A stretch of DNA of 64,000 nucleotides from Candidatus Eiseniibacteriota bacterium (GCA_963762255.1 CAVXKA010000002.1:1120001-1184000); one strand, 5' to 3'. Counted from the stretch's first letter, positions 38,196 through 48,397 are shown. Translations and numbers: made by a program. The notes: generated by a model from the sequence alone, not told the origin.

Positions 38196-39128
38196 CTACT
38201 TGTCCTGCTTGTCGTCCATCGAGATCTCGTCGTCGTTGGGCTCAAGGTGGGTGACAACGATGCTTTCAGGCAATACCCTACGGATGTCGCCTTCGAAATC
38301 CTCGGCGATGTGATGCGCGTCGTGGACCGTCCATTCGCCAGGCACGAGCACGTGCACCGTGACGAAGCGCCGCCAGGACGATTGGCGCGTGCGCAAGGCA
38401 TGAAAGGTCACGCCTTTCTGCTTGTACATAGCGACCACCTCGTCGATCAACTTCTTCTCCGCAGGCGGCAGGGAGGCGTCCATGAGGCCCGAAACGGAAC
38501 GGCTGATCAGCCGGTAGGCCGTCCAGGTGATGTTCAGGCCCACGGCGATGGCGATGATCGGGTCGAGCACGATCCATCCTGTCAGTGCAACAACCCCGAT
38601 AGCCGCCACAACCCCAACCGAGGTCCACACGTCGGTCATCAGGTGATTCGCGTCGGCTTCGAGCGTGATCGAGTCATTCTTCTTGCCCACCCGCAACAGG
38701 ATTCGGGCCACCGCCAGATTGATCAGTGAAGCGAACACAGATATGACCAGCCCCATCCCAACCTGCTCCAGTTCCTTGGGGTGGATAAGGCGCTGGATGG
38801 CGGTGAAGATGATTCCGCCTGACGCGACGAGGATGAGGATGCCCTCGACCAAGCTGGAGAAATACTCCGCCTTGCCGTGCCCGTACATGTGACCCTCATC
38901 CTCAGGACGCGCGGCGATGGTCAACATGCCGAGCGCCATGATGGCGGCCACGAGATTGACGCCCGATTCCATGGCATCCGACAGCAAGCCGACCGAACCC
39001 GTCAGCAGGTACGCGCCCGACTTGAGCCCGATTGTCAACACGGCGGCCCAGATGGACAGCCAGGCGAAGCGGGTCAACCAGGCGCGGCTATTCGGGATAT
39101 CGAGGGTGTCTTCCATCTTGTGGGACAT
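38196..39128 (-). CDS. Cation diffusion facilitator (FieF-like) transporter
   Basis: TGSVGLLSDAMES, HMYGHGKAEY, ADANHLMTD, LDP, HLEP. Confidence 0.93.
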   Translation of the reverse strand: MSHKMEDTLDIPNSRAWLTRFAWLSIWAAVLTIGLKSGAYLLTGSVGLLSDAMESGVNLVAAIMALGMLTIAARPEDEGHMYGHGKAEYFSSLVEGILILVASGGIIFTAIQRLIHPKELEQVGMGLVISVFASLINLAVARILLRVGKKNDSITLEADANHLMTDVWTSVGVVAAIGVVALTGWIVLDPIIAIAVGLNITWTAYRLISRSVSGLMDASLPPAEKKLIDEVVAMYKQKGVTFHALRTRQSSWRRFVTVHVLVPGEWTVHDAHHIAEDFEGDIRRVLPESIVVTHLEPNDDEISMDDKQDK

Positions 39129-39280
39129 GCGGGCAATGATACCTGTAAGGGACGGGTGACGCCTGGAGCTGAAGTCCTCTCCGGGGGCCACGTCAGCGCC
39201 GGGCGGCCTTCCTGCTCGACCGGCTGCATCGCGAGGCTAGGCGAGATCCAGCCGGCCCCCAAATGCAGCGACTCTTCGCT

Positions 39281-39811
39281 TTACTTGTCCGGTTGAATCC
39301 GAAAGTCATATATATTGCAAGTGTTTCCGTCAATCTTGTACTCACGAAGCTCGATTCTGGTCCCCTTAGTCACCGGAACCAACTGGTGTGCCGAAATCTT
39401 CAACTTGGTACCCTGGTTTACTATTATGAACTTCAGATTAGGGTATTCAGTGAGACGAAAGGCGAGGCCTTCTCGCACTCGTTGGGGCATTTCGGCAATC
39501 GTGCCGGCCATTCTCTCGAGCACTTGAATCCGCTTCTCTGCCTTTGTTACAAACGCGCTCTTCGGACAGATGCTCAAGAAGTTCCGATATCCTTCGGCCG
39601 TGTCATCCTGTTGTGCCCGTTGCCAAGCGCGTTCTTCCACCTTCCGGGTCGCTCCAGCAGCAAACTCGCTTTGCGGATACTTCTGTAGGAAGTCCTGGTA
39701 TGCCTGAACGGTGTTCTCCCGCTGAGCCTCTCGCCAAGCTGACCTAGTGGTCGCGCATCCCGAAAGGGTCAGCCCCATGAGCGCAACGAGAATCATTACT
39801 TGCTTCGCCAT
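39281..39811 (-). CDS. Hypothetical lipoprotein with two helical repeats
   Basis: Lipobox LSG-C; two AW..AQ..(N/D)T...Y..FL...P.S.F repeats; RBS GGAGG. Confidence 0.75.
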   Translation of the reverse strand: MAKQVMILVALMGLTLSGCATTRSAWREAQRENTVQAYQDFLQKYPQSEFAAGATRKVEERAWQRAQQDDTAEGYRNFLSICPKSAFVTKAEKRIQVLERMAGTIAEMPQRVREGLAFRLTEYPNLKFIIVNQGTKLKISAHQLVPVTKGTRIELREYKIDGNTCNIYDFRIQPDK

Positions 39812-40027
39812 GTCGCTGCCTCCTGCTTGGACCATTGCGCATGGTGCCGCCTGACGCAAATTGCACTGCGAGCAACCCGATCACGACGCGGCCTGCCACG
39901 CAGTATTGACCCGTCGATGATGTCGGGGTTCGCGCCATGCCCGTAGGAACGGCTCAGTCGACCTTTTCAATTCCCGGGGCCTAGCCTGCGCATGCTGCGA
40001 GTCAATGCGGACGAAAGCGGTCTTGTT

Positions 40028-40102
40028 TCAGGGGGGGCAACGCTTGTGCCCACTCGAAGGGCGGTTTTCGACTGGGTAGGAAACATGCGTTGCCCCCCCT
40101 GA
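40028..40102. repeat. Structured repeat copy C with perfect 16-bp terminal inverted repeats
   Basis: TCAGGGGGGGCAACGC (40028-40043) and GCGTTGCCCCCCCTGA (40087-40102) enclose the TTGTGCCCACTCGAAGGG..TTTTCGA core shared with copies A and B. Confidence 0.88.
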
Positions 40103-40284
40103 TTCAAGGGCGACAGGGCGCTCCGTGGTCAGTTTCGGATGGGCACGAACATGCGGCTCCCTGCTCGCTGGTAACCGGCCGCAAACTCTACCCACAGCGC
40201 CGTTGTTGCGCTGAGAGACCGGGCTCGGCGAATCCACAAAAGACCCGAGGTAGCTCATCGTGGTACGAGGGTCATCGTGTCCAT

Positions 40285-40507
40285 CTAACGCGACTTCGCG
40301 TGGTCGACCATTCCCTGGAAGTCCACGATGTCCGCAGGTTCGTCTCCGACCCCCCAAGCCTCGTAGCCTGAGGGAAGAAGGGACACATCACCTGGCCGGC
40401 AGTCAAGCTGACGGTTACCCCCCGATCTTGACCAGTTCCAGTCGTCCCTTAGGAAACTCCCGAATCTCATCTGGCTTGCCAGATCGCTTCAGTTCCGTCT
40501 TGTTCAT
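40285..40507 (-). pseudogene. Cupin protein with internal deletion and frameshift
   Basis: MNKTELKRSGKPDEIREFPKGRLELVKIGG joined out of frame to DCRPGDVSLLPSGYEAWGVGDEP..VDFQG. Confidence 0.65.
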
Positions 40508-40531
40508 TGCGTTCCTCCTGAAAGTCAACTG

Positions 40532-40837
40532 CTAGGACCACTTCTTGGCGAGCGCCTCAAGACCCGCCCCTCCAAGTTCCTCCGGACTCATGACGATGTG
40601 GAACTGCACGTCCGCATCAAAGAGAAGAAACCAGGGCTCCGCCAGAGCGGGCACCTTGGATGGACCGTCCACGTTCACGATCAGGATCGCGCCTCGATGG
40701 CCGTCGTACTCCGTAAAGTAAGCGGCTTCGGGCTTGGTCTCCTTCAAAATTTGCTGGATCTTCTGTCCCACCGTTCCATCCTTGACGGCCGCATTGAACT
40801 TGGCGTGTGGGAACTTGGCGTGCATGAGCATTCGCAT
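40532..40837 (-). CDS. Conserved small protein (DUF3303/GYD-like)
   Basis: FNAAVKDGT, KPEAAYF...GHRG, ALAEPWFL; RBS GGAGG. Confidence 0.75.
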   Translation of the reverse strand: MRMLMHAKFPHAKFNAAVKDGTVGQKIQQILKETKPEAAYFTEYDGHRGAILIVNVDGPSKVPALAEPWFLLFDADVQFHIVMSPEELGGAGLEALAKKWS

Positions 40838-41358
40838 TGTTGACCTCCCTACCTAGTGAATGAGTGAAGCTTGGCTGATGTGAATCGGACCCGGCGCCCT
40901 CGCCCGGTAACCGCGTATACACGACAAAAGATATCATGATTCCAGGCGAGGGGGGCCAGGTTCGTGCCCGCGGGAGGTTGTCCCTACCGTAAACTCCATC
41001 CTCCCCAATCGGAGCCATCCACTGCAGGCATTCTGCTCCACGCGAGAAGTCATCGACCGCTCGGAATGTCCCCCGGCATGGTGGCAACAATGGGGTTCCA
41101 TGCACTCAGATCACGTTGAGGCGCAGGCGGGCGCAGTTGCCCGAGGACACCCCTGCAAAGGGTCGGCTCGAAGACCTCAGGCAGCTCGGCGCTCATAGTG
41201 ATGGTGAAGGTCGTAGACCTGGGGCACCTCAACGATCCGACCTTCACAAACCGCTCGGCGCCGCCAGCGCATCACGGTCTCGGAGCGGACGAGGACAAGG
41301 CTTACTCGCCCCGAGCGTGATAGCCTCTCCTCCAATCCACCCAGGAGGCTAGACTTCG

Positions 41359-42207
41359 ATGGCTGCAAGCACCCCTCTTCTCCCCGACGGCATCTACAAG
41401 GGCTCCACTGCATTTGTGACCGGCGGGGGCACCGGCCTTGGCCTCGCCGCCTCCACCCGTTTCGGGCGGCTCGGCGCCAACGTCGTCTGTGCGAGCCGCG
41501 ATACCGGCCACCACGCGGAACTGGTTGGCCGCGGCGCCGCCGAGGGATTCGAGGTGCTGAGCCTAGCCCTCGACGTGCGGGACGCCGGCTCCGTCGCGGA
41601 AGCGGTGCGCGCAGCGGTGGACCGCTTCGGCGCCATCGACGTCCTGGTCAACAATGCGGCCGGCAACTTCATCCGTCCATCCATGCAGCTCGCGCCAAAA
41701 GGGTTCGCCACCGTAATCGACATCGCGCTGAACGGCGTGTTCAACATGTCGCGCGAGGTGGGCCGCGCGATGCGGGAACGCGGCGGCTCGATCGTGAACA
41801 TCTCGGCCCCCTACGCGCGGGACGGCAAGCCCGGCGTTGTGCACTCCGTCTGCGCGAAGGCGGGCGTCGAAGCGATGACCCGCACGCTGGCCGCCGAGTG
41901 GGCGCCCTATCGCATCCGCGTGAACGCGATATCGCCGGGTCCTTTCTACAGCGCCGGCGCCGCCGAGCGGCTCTGGCCTACTCCTGAGCTGGAGCGCGCG
42001 GTCCTGGGGCAGATCCCGCTCGGTCGTTTCGGCACCGTCGAGGAGATCGCGGAGCTGGTGTGCTTCATCGCGAGCCCCGCCGCGGAGTGGATCACCGGGA
42101 CGATCCTTGTCGCCGACGGCGGGTGGAGCCTACCCGCTCCACTGGTGGACGCGGGTGCGGAAGGCATACCGAGGCGCCGCCGAGTCAAAGACGACGCTGA
42201 GGGGTGA
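41359..42207 (+). CDS. SDR oxidoreductase, 2,4-dienoyl-CoA reductase-like
   Basis: TGGGTGLG, NNAAGNF, HSVCAKAGV, LAAEW, VNAISPGP. Confidence 0.85.
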   Translation: MAASTPLLPDGIYKGSTAFVTGGGTGLGLAASTRFGRLGANVVCASRDTGHHAELVGRGAAEGFEVLSLALDVRDAGSVAEAVRAAVDRFGAIDVLVNNAAGNFIRPSMQLAPKGFATVIDIALNGVFNMSREVGRAMRERGGSIVNISAPYARDGKPGVVHSVCAKAGVEAMTRTLAAEWAPYRIRVNAISPGPFYSAGAAERLWPTPELERAVLGQIPLGRFGTVEEIAELVCFIASPAAEWITGTILVADGGWSLPAPLVDAGAEGIPRRRRVKDDAEG

Positions 42208-42223
42208 GCGTCGGCCAACCGCG

Positions 42224-43312
42224 TCACACCTTGAAGTGAAATTGCAGGACGTCCTTGTCCTGGACGACGTGATCGCGCCCCACCGTGTGGAGCAGGCCGT
42301 GGTCGTGCAAGGCCTGTCGGGTGCGGTGCTGGAGGACGTCGTGCAGGGCCATCACCTCGGCGCGTATGAACCCCCGCTCCATGTCGCTGTGTACCTGCCC
42401 CGCCGCCTCCGCGGCGGTGCGCCCCCGGCGCAGTGACCACGCGCGCAGTTTCTCGTTGGCGATCGTGTAGAAGGTGATGAGGTCGAGCAGCCGGTAGCAG
42501 GCGGCGACAACCAATCCAAGCGCGGTCTCCTCGAGACCCATCTCCATGAGGAACGTGACCTGCTCGTCGGGCGGAAGCTCCGAGATCTCCTCCTCGATGC
42601 GCACGGAGACCGGGATCACGCGCTCGGCGCTCTTGACCTGCCGGAGCGCGGCGACCAGCGGTCCTTCGCCGCGTGGATCGTCTTCGCCGGTGTTGGCCAC
42701 GTAGAGGACGGGCTTCGCGGTGAGGAGGCCCAACTCGCGGACGGTCTGGCGATCGCGATCGGTGAGGCCGAGCGCACTCACCAGCGCCCCTTTCTTGAGC
42801 GCCTCACCCACGTGATGGAGTGTCGCCTCGCGTTCCCGATCCTCCGTCTTGCCGCTCTTGGCGGCGTTGGCAACCTTGCGGCTCGCCCGCTCGACGGTGT
42901 CCAAATCGGCGAGCAGGAACTCCGTTTCGACGATCCCCGCGTCGCGCACCGGATCGGTCGCACCGGCGGCGTGGGCGACGTTGGGATCCTCGAAACAGCG
43001 CACGACGTGGAGGACGACGTCCACCTCGCGGATGTGGGCGAGGAACTTGTTGCCGAGGCCTTCGCCTCGGCTGGCTCCTTCGACCAGACCGGCGATGTCG
43101 ACGAAGGTCACCGCGGCGGGCACGGTCTCCTGCGGGGCAAGCACTTCCTGCAACAGCAGGAGATCGAGGTCGGGCACCGGAGCGATCCCCACGTTCTTCT
43201 CGATCGTGCAGAAGGGATAGTTCGACGCTTCAGCCCCCGCGTGGGTCAGCGCGTTCAAGAGCGTCGACTTGCCGACGTTGGGGAGCCCGGCGATACCCAC
43301 GGAGAGACTCAT
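42224..43312 (-). CDS. ychF: Ribosome-binding ATPase YchF
   Basis: GLPNVGKST, NYPFCTI, DIAGLVEGASRGEGLGNKFL, HSDMERGFIRAEV. Confidence 0.97.
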   Translation of the reverse strand: MSLSVGIAGLPNVGKSTLLNALTHAGAEASNYPFCTIEKNVGIAPVPDLDLLLLQEVLAPQETVPAAVTFVDIAGLVEGASRGEGLGNKFLAHIREVDVVLHVVRCFEDPNVAHAAGATDPVRDAGIVETEFLLADLDTVERASRKVANAAKSGKTEDREREATLHHVGEALKKGALVSALGLTDRDRQTVRELGLLTAKPVLYVANTGEDDPRGEGPLVAALRQVKSAERVIPVSVRIEEEISELPPDEQVTFLMEMGLEETALGLVVAACYRLLDLITFYTIANEKLRAWSLRRGRTAAEAAGQVHSDMERGFIRAEVMALHDVLQHRTRQALHDHGLLHTVGRDHVVQDKDVLQFHFKV

Positions 43313-43476
43313 GCTTCACCTCCCGCACATGAGAGCCGCGGGCTGGGGGGCGGCCCGCGAGGCCGATTCTCTTGCAGCAGCAGCCGGGTGTCCAGCCGGA
43401 GAGGATCGGCGTATCGTTGCCCCGACGTACGCTGGCGCCTCGGCAGGTTTGGCGGCGGCGGCCCAAAGGAGTAGCG

Positions 43477-45042
43477 ATGATGCGGAACCGCGCTTGGATC
43501 GTTACCGTCGGTCTTCTGAGTTGTCTTCTGGGCGTGCGCGAAGGCGCCGCCGCGACGGGGACGGCCAGCCCCATCCTCGTCCAGAAGAGTCAGAGCGAAC
43601 TCGAACTCGATCTGGGGATGATGGTGCGCGATCTCCTCCCTCCCATCCTGGAGACGATGAAGCTCGAGGACGAGGCGAAGGCGGCGAAAGCGCAGTCCCT
43701 CATCGACCTGATCGGTCTCGGCGCGCTGGATCGCCTCCACATGACTTCCACCGCCGACGAACAGGGCTCGCACACCACGATCACGGTAAGCGTCGATCCG
43801 ACGGTTCATGGCGGGCTCTTGAGCGCGATGCTCTCGCTGCCACCGGGCGAGTTTCGCTTCGCGCGATACGTGCGACCGGACGACGCGCTTCTGGTGGCGT
43901 CGCTCCAGAACTTCGCGCAAGGCGCTAGCACGGTCCTCGAAGAGATGATCGAGCATCAGGCGGATGGACCGATCTCGTTCGCCCCCCCGGGAGCAGACAG
44001 CACGTTCATCCGCATCGCGACCGACCTGCAGAGAGACGTGATGCCGCTCTTGGCGGGCGAGCTGGACGTGCTCCTCTTCCCCTCTGATCCGGAGAACGCG
44101 TCCAAGATTCCGCCCATGGCGCTGGTGCTGGGAAGCAAGGATGGCATGCAACTTCGAGAGCGCATCTTCGATCTTCTCGCTCCCAAACTGGGGGAGGAGC
44201 AGATCGCTGCCCTCGAGGCCATGCCCGCGGAAACCGTGGGTGACTTCGCGTTCTACTCCCTCCCGGTCGGCTGGTCCTACGCAGTGAGCCCCGACTTCCT
44301 GATCGTCACCACCGACGCGACACGGCTTCGCGGGATGCTGGCCGAGCCGATCGGGACGCTCACCGTGCCGCCGGGGAGGCACTACCTGCGCGTCGACGGG
44401 AGGTTCTTCGCCGACATGCTGACCGCAAGGATGGCGGCGCTGAATCCGTCATCCCCCGACGCGCGGCTCAGGACCGAGGCGCTGCAGGCGATCGGAAAGG
44501 CGTCGGCGGGAGCCATCGAGATGTTCACCACGAGCGAGCCGAACCGCTGGATGATCGATATCCGCCAGCAGGGATCCATGATGGATCTGCAATACGCCGC
44601 GCTGCGGGAGATGCTCCTGGCGGCGCCGCGCATGAAGGCGCTGGAGATGCGGGGGAAGCGGTATCACGAAGCGGTGGCGAGGATGGACGAGGCCATGACC
44701 CGCTACGGCGAGGAACATGAGGGCGTGTTCCCGAAGAAGCTGGAGACCCTGGTCAAGGAGGGTTACCTCGACGCGCTCCCCGACCTCAAGGCGACACCTC
44801 TGGGGGTGTACGTGGAGGAAAGCTATACATACCTTCCACTCCGCGACGAGGACGGCGTCGTGACGGGCTACTACTACTTCGTCTACGGTGTGGATCCAAA
44901 CGGCGGGCACGACATCCTGACCCCGGGAAGCGTCGCCGACCCGGGCAACTTTGTAGCCGCCCGCGACGGCAAGCCTGACGGGATCGTCTCGTTCTGCTAC
45001 GACGGCACCGCCGTGCGGCAGGTGGAGGCGTGGCGCGAGTAA
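43477..45042 (+). CDS. Hypothetical exported protein with C-terminal pseudopilin-like segment
   Basis: Signal peptide; AM.RY..EH.G.FP..LE.LV..GYL..LP motif; RBS AAGGAG. Confidence 0.65.
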   Translation: MMRNRAWIVTVGLLSCLLGVREGAAATGTASPILVQKSQSELELDLGMMVRDLLPPILETMKLEDEAKAAKAQSLIDLIGLGALDRLHMTSTADEQGSHTTITVSVDPTVHGGLLSAMLSLPPGEFRFARYVRPDDALLVASLQNFAQGASTVLEEMIEHQADGPISFAPPGADSTFIRIATDLQRDVMPLLAGELDVLLFPSDPENASKIPPMALVLGSKDGMQLRERIFDLLAPKLGEEQIAALEAMPAETVGDFAFYSLPVGWSYAVSPDFLIVTTDATRLRGMLAEPIGTLTVPPGRHYLRVDGRFFADMLTARMAALNPSSPDARLRTEALQAIGKASAGAIEMFTTSEPNRWMIDIRQQGSMMDLQYAALREMLLAAPRMKALEMRGKRYHEAVARMDEAMTRYGEEHEGVFPKKLETLVKEGYLDALPDLKATPLGVYVEESYTYLPLRDEDGVVTGYYYFVYGVDPNGGHDILTPGSVADPGNFVAARDGKPDGIVSFCYDGTAVRQVEAWRE

Positions 45043-45087
45043 CGCGCCGAGGCGGCGGTCCAGCCACCCCCGCATCGCCCCTCCGAC

Positions 45088-46434
45088 CTATGCGGTAGCT
45101 TGCTTCCGATCGATCCGGCGCGTCACGATGATGTAGACGATCATGAGCGTCAGCGAAACCGCGCCTACGCCCGCGAACGCATACCACAGGTAGTGCGCGT
45201 GGGCATAGGCCTCCGGCATCGGGGCCTGCCCCAACAGCGCCAACTCGTGTTGCTGGCGAACGGCCTCGGGCAGCGAACTGGGCTCGGGGCAGAACGCCTT
45301 CAACAGGTAGCCGGCGAAGATGAAGCCGAAGAGCCAGGCGAAGAACGTGTTGAGGTGGGCATAGCCCAGATAGAGCCCCTCACGCCCCTTGGGCGCCTGC
45401 TTCGACGCGTACTCCAGGTACTTGGGGCTCAAGAAACACTCCGCCAGCCCCTGAATCGCGATCCCCACCACCATCATCGCGGTGATCGGGTGCACGGCGA
45501 TCCCGAACAGGTTGATCGGACCGCGGAAGAGGTGCGCCGCCGACATGGCCAGCGACGAGAGCGGGATGAGCGTCATGGCGACCAGCATCGACCACTCGGG
45601 CTTCCACTTCCGTACGAGCTGGGTGATGGCCACCACGAAGAGTACGACCACCAACGGGTTCACGTTGGCGTACCACTCGGGCTTGTAGGTCTCCCCCGCC
45701 ATGCGCATCACGTAGTCGGGCATCGACGCGTAGAGTTGACCCTGGATCGCCCAGAACCCGGCGGTGATGAGGATAAGAGACGAGAACCGCAGGTTGCCCA
45801 GCGCCGCTTTCATCCCCTGCAGCGTCTCGCGCACGCTGCGCGGGCGATCCGCGCCGCTATCCTTCGGCCAGTAGAACGCGGCTACGATCAAGAGCGCAAT
45901 GAGGGCCGCCGCAGCCGAGAAGAACGGCACCTTGTCCACACCGAGCTGAATGCGGATGGGGGCCACGATGGTCTTGCCGGTGAACGAGCCGATGTTGACC
46001 ATCATGTAGAAGATGCTGAAGGCGCGCGCCCGGTTGGTCTCGTCGGATAGCTTGGCGGCGGTACCGGTGATGATCGGCTTGACGAAGGCGCCACCCACCA
46101 CGATCAGCGAGAGCCCTACCAGCACCGGCCCCAGCGTGCTGACCATCCCGAGGGAGCCGTAGCCCACGGTGAGCAACGTGAATGCCAAGAGGAGGCCGTT
46201 CCGGAATCCCATCCGGTCGGCGAGGGCGCCGGTGAAGAACGGCAGGAGATAGATGATCGCGCCGAAGAGCCCGGCCACGAACCCCGCCTGCACGTCGTCG
46301 AGGTGCACGACACGCAGCAGGTACGTGCGCAGCGCGATGAAGGTGCCGTAGTACGCGGCCCGCTCGCAGAGTTCGACGACGTTGGCCGTCCAGAACGCGC
46401 GCGGGAACCGCCAGGTGGTCTTCGTGTCCGTCAT
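45088..46434 (-). CDS. MFS transporter, POT/PTR peptide-transporter-like
   Basis: ELCERAAYYG (ExxER), GALADRMG, AFSIFYMMVNIG. Confidence 0.88.
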   Translation of the reverse strand: MTDTKTTWRFPRAFWTANVVELCERAAYYGTFIALRTYLLRVVHLDDVQAGFVAGLFGAIIYLLPFFTGALADRMGFRNGLLLAFTLLTVGYGSLGMVSTLGPVLVGLSLIVVGGAFVKPIITGTAAKLSDETNRARAFSIFYMMVNIGSFTGKTIVAPIRIQLGVDKVPFFSAAAALIALLIVAAFYWPKDSGADRPRSVRETLQGMKAALGNLRFSSLILITAGFWAIQGQLYASMPDYVMRMAGETYKPEWYANVNPLVVVLFVVAITQLVRKWKPEWSMLVAMTLIPLSSLAMSAAHLFRGPINLFGIAVHPITAMMVVGIAIQGLAECFLSPKYLEYASKQAPKGREGLYLGYAHLNTFFAWLFGFIFAGYLLKAFCPEPSSLPEAVRQQHELALLGQAPMPEAYAHAHYLWYAFAGVGAVSLTLMIVYIIVTRRIDRKQATA

Positions 46435-46554
46435 GCGTCTCCCCCTCTTCCTGCAACACCGTCTGCGCCGGGCATGGCGGCGAAGTATAGCAATCCGACC
46501 GGGCGGGAACGAGGAATTCACCCGCGGACCATGCAGGGATGATCCACCTCTGGA

Positions 46555-48396
46555 TCAGGAATTGCGACGGATGGAGGCGACCCAACCCAGCCACTCGCTC
46601 AGGACGGCCAGCGTCCAGATCGCACGCGCATGGTCCGCTTTGCGCCCGCGATGCTCCTTCAGAATGGTCAGCGCCGCGTTCGGATCCACCCCCACCTCGC
46701 ACATGCCGGGATCACCCAAACGCTCGGCGGCCCAGTCGTAGAGTTCCTCGCGAAGCCAGCCGGCCAGGGGCACCGAGAGGCCGCGCTTCTTCCGGTGGAC
46801 GATCCGCGCGGGAAGATATCGAATCGCATAACGTTTGAGGAAGAGCTTCGTCTTCACCCCGCGCACTCGGTCGTCTTCCCGCAGTGTGGCGGCAAACTCC
46901 ATCACATCGCGATCCAGGAACGGCGCGCGCAGCTCCAGGGCCGAACTCATGCTGGCCCGGTCCGCCTTGGTGAGAAGCCCCTCGGCGAGTGACGTCTCCA
47001 GATCGTGCCGCTGCACGGAGTCGAGGATCGAGGGGAGCGCGTCCATTCCCACGACGGGCAGCTGCACTCCCAACCGGCGCAACAGATCGGGCGGAATGTT
47101 TGAGGTCCAGAGGAGATGGCGGTCGCCCCCGGTCAACTCCGCTCCGGCCACGAACTTCTTGAGAAGGAACGAGAGCGTCACCTTCTTGTCGCCGGGGGGC
47201 CACGCCTCCACCGCTCGGCGGATCGGCGCCTTGATCCACCGAGGAAGCGACGCGTAGCGCCCGCCCACCAGAGCGCCTATGTACGTGGGATAGCCGCCGA
47301 AGAGTTCGTCGGCGCCCTCTCCCACCAGCGCGACCTTCACGTCCTCCGCTGCGCGCCGCGCCAGAAGCGCGGTCGGAATCCAGGCGGGATCGGCCAGCGG
47401 CTCGCCCACCATGGAGATCAAGCGGCTCAGTTCCCTGGGGAAGTCGCCCGCTCCGACCCACACGGGCACCGCTCGCACACCGAGCGTCCGCGCCACCAGC
47501 GCTGCGGCGTCGCCCTCATCGTACGAGGCTTCCGAGAACCGCAGCGTGTAGGCGGAGAAGTCCGCGTCGGGGCGCAGAGTCTTCGCTACCGCCGTCACCA
47601 GCGACGAATCGACCCCGCCGCTCAGGAACACGCCGAACGGGACGTCGTTCTCGCTCTGGAGATGCACGGCCCGGCGAAAGATCGTGTCGAAGCGGTCGAG
47701 CGAAGCGGGCTTCTTGGCCACGTGTCCCACCGGCCAGCGCCACGTGCGCTCGCAGCGCACTGCGCCGCCTTCGAACACGATCCGCTCGGCGGGGGCCACC
47801 TTGCGGATCTCGAAGAAGGGCGATGCGGGCGCGGTGAAGCTCCCGAAACGCATGTATCGGGCTACGGCGTTGCGGTCGACGGTCAAGCGCAGCGAACGAT
47901 CGGTGGCGAGCGCCGAGATCTCGGTGGCGAACGTCACCCCATCCTCCGTGCGCATGTAGAACAGCGGACGCTCACCGGCGCGGTCGCGTGCAAGGATGAG
48001 CCGCCGATGCCGCGGGTCGTAGAGAGCGAGGGCGAACGCACCCACGAGTTCCTTGACGAAGTCCTCGCCCAGCTCCAGGTAGAGGGCCGGGATGACCGCC
48101 ACGTCCGTGCGCATCTCCACGCGTCGTCCACGCGAGGCGAGGAAGTCGCGCAACTCGGCGTGATTGTCGATCTCGCCGTTGCACACCGCGATCACGCCGG
48201 TGTCGGCGTCGATGATCGGTTGCCTGCCGCTGTCCACGCCGCGGATGGCGAGACGGGTGACGCCGAGGAGCGCGTGGGCGGGTCCGCCGATCCCCGATTC
48301 GTCCGGTCCGCGGTGGAGCATCGCGTCCATCATCGCCTGCACCCGCACGCGATCCGCATCCAAGCCCCGGCCCACGACACCGCACACGCCGCACAT
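46555..48396 (-). CDS. asnB: Asparagine synthase (glutamine-hydrolysing) family amidotransferase
   Basis: N-terminal MCGVCG, HRGPD, NGEI, FLSGGVDSS, GEGADELFGGY, ELRAPFLD. Confidence 0.93.
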   Translation of the reverse strand: MCGVCGVVGRGLDADRVRVQAMMDAMLHRGPDESGIGGPAHALLGVTRLAIRGVDSGRQPIIDADTGVIAVCNGEIDNHAELRDFLASRGRRVEMRTDVAVIPALYLELGEDFVKELVGAFALALYDPRHRRLILARDRAGERPLFYMRTEDGVTFATEISALATDRSLRLTVDRNAVARYMRFGSFTAPASPFFEIRKVAPAERIVFEGGAVRCERTWRWPVGHVAKKPASLDRFDTIFRRAVHLQSENDVPFGVFLSGGVDSSLVTAVAKTLRPDADFSAYTLRFSEASYDEGDAAALVARTLGVRAVPVWVGAGDFPRELSRLISMVGEPLADPAWIPTALLARRAAEDVKVALVGEGADELFGGYPTYIGALVGGRYASLPRWIKAPIRRAVEAWPPGDKKVTLSFLLKKFVAGAELTGGDRHLLWTSNIPPDLLRRLGVQLPVVGMDALPSILDSVQRHDLETSLAEGLLTKADRASMSSALELRAPFLDRDVMEFAATLREDDRVRGVKTKLFLKRYAIRYLPARIVHRKKRGLSVPLAGWLREELYDWAAERLGDPGMCEVGVDPNAALTILKEHRGRKADHARAIWTLAVLSEWLGWVASIRRNS

Positions 48397-48397
48397 A

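Larger units (their letters stand above)
24400..41340. mobile_element. Decayed genomic island / integration hotspot (approximate bounds)
   Basis: Visibly lower GC, many pseudogenes, tyrosine and serine recombinase relics, repeats and unrelated short cargo genes between pntA2 and the SDR at 41359. Confidence 0.75.

Noticed and set aside
24400-41340. CRISPR array or complete integron as the explanation for the repeats
   Set aside because: Repeats are long, few and irregularly spaced; no cas genes; the recombinase lacks IntI size and insertion
41050-41340. Short ORFs at the right island edge, possibly a ribbon-helix-helix/antitoxin relic
   Set aside because: Similarity too weak; no reliable start or partner gene
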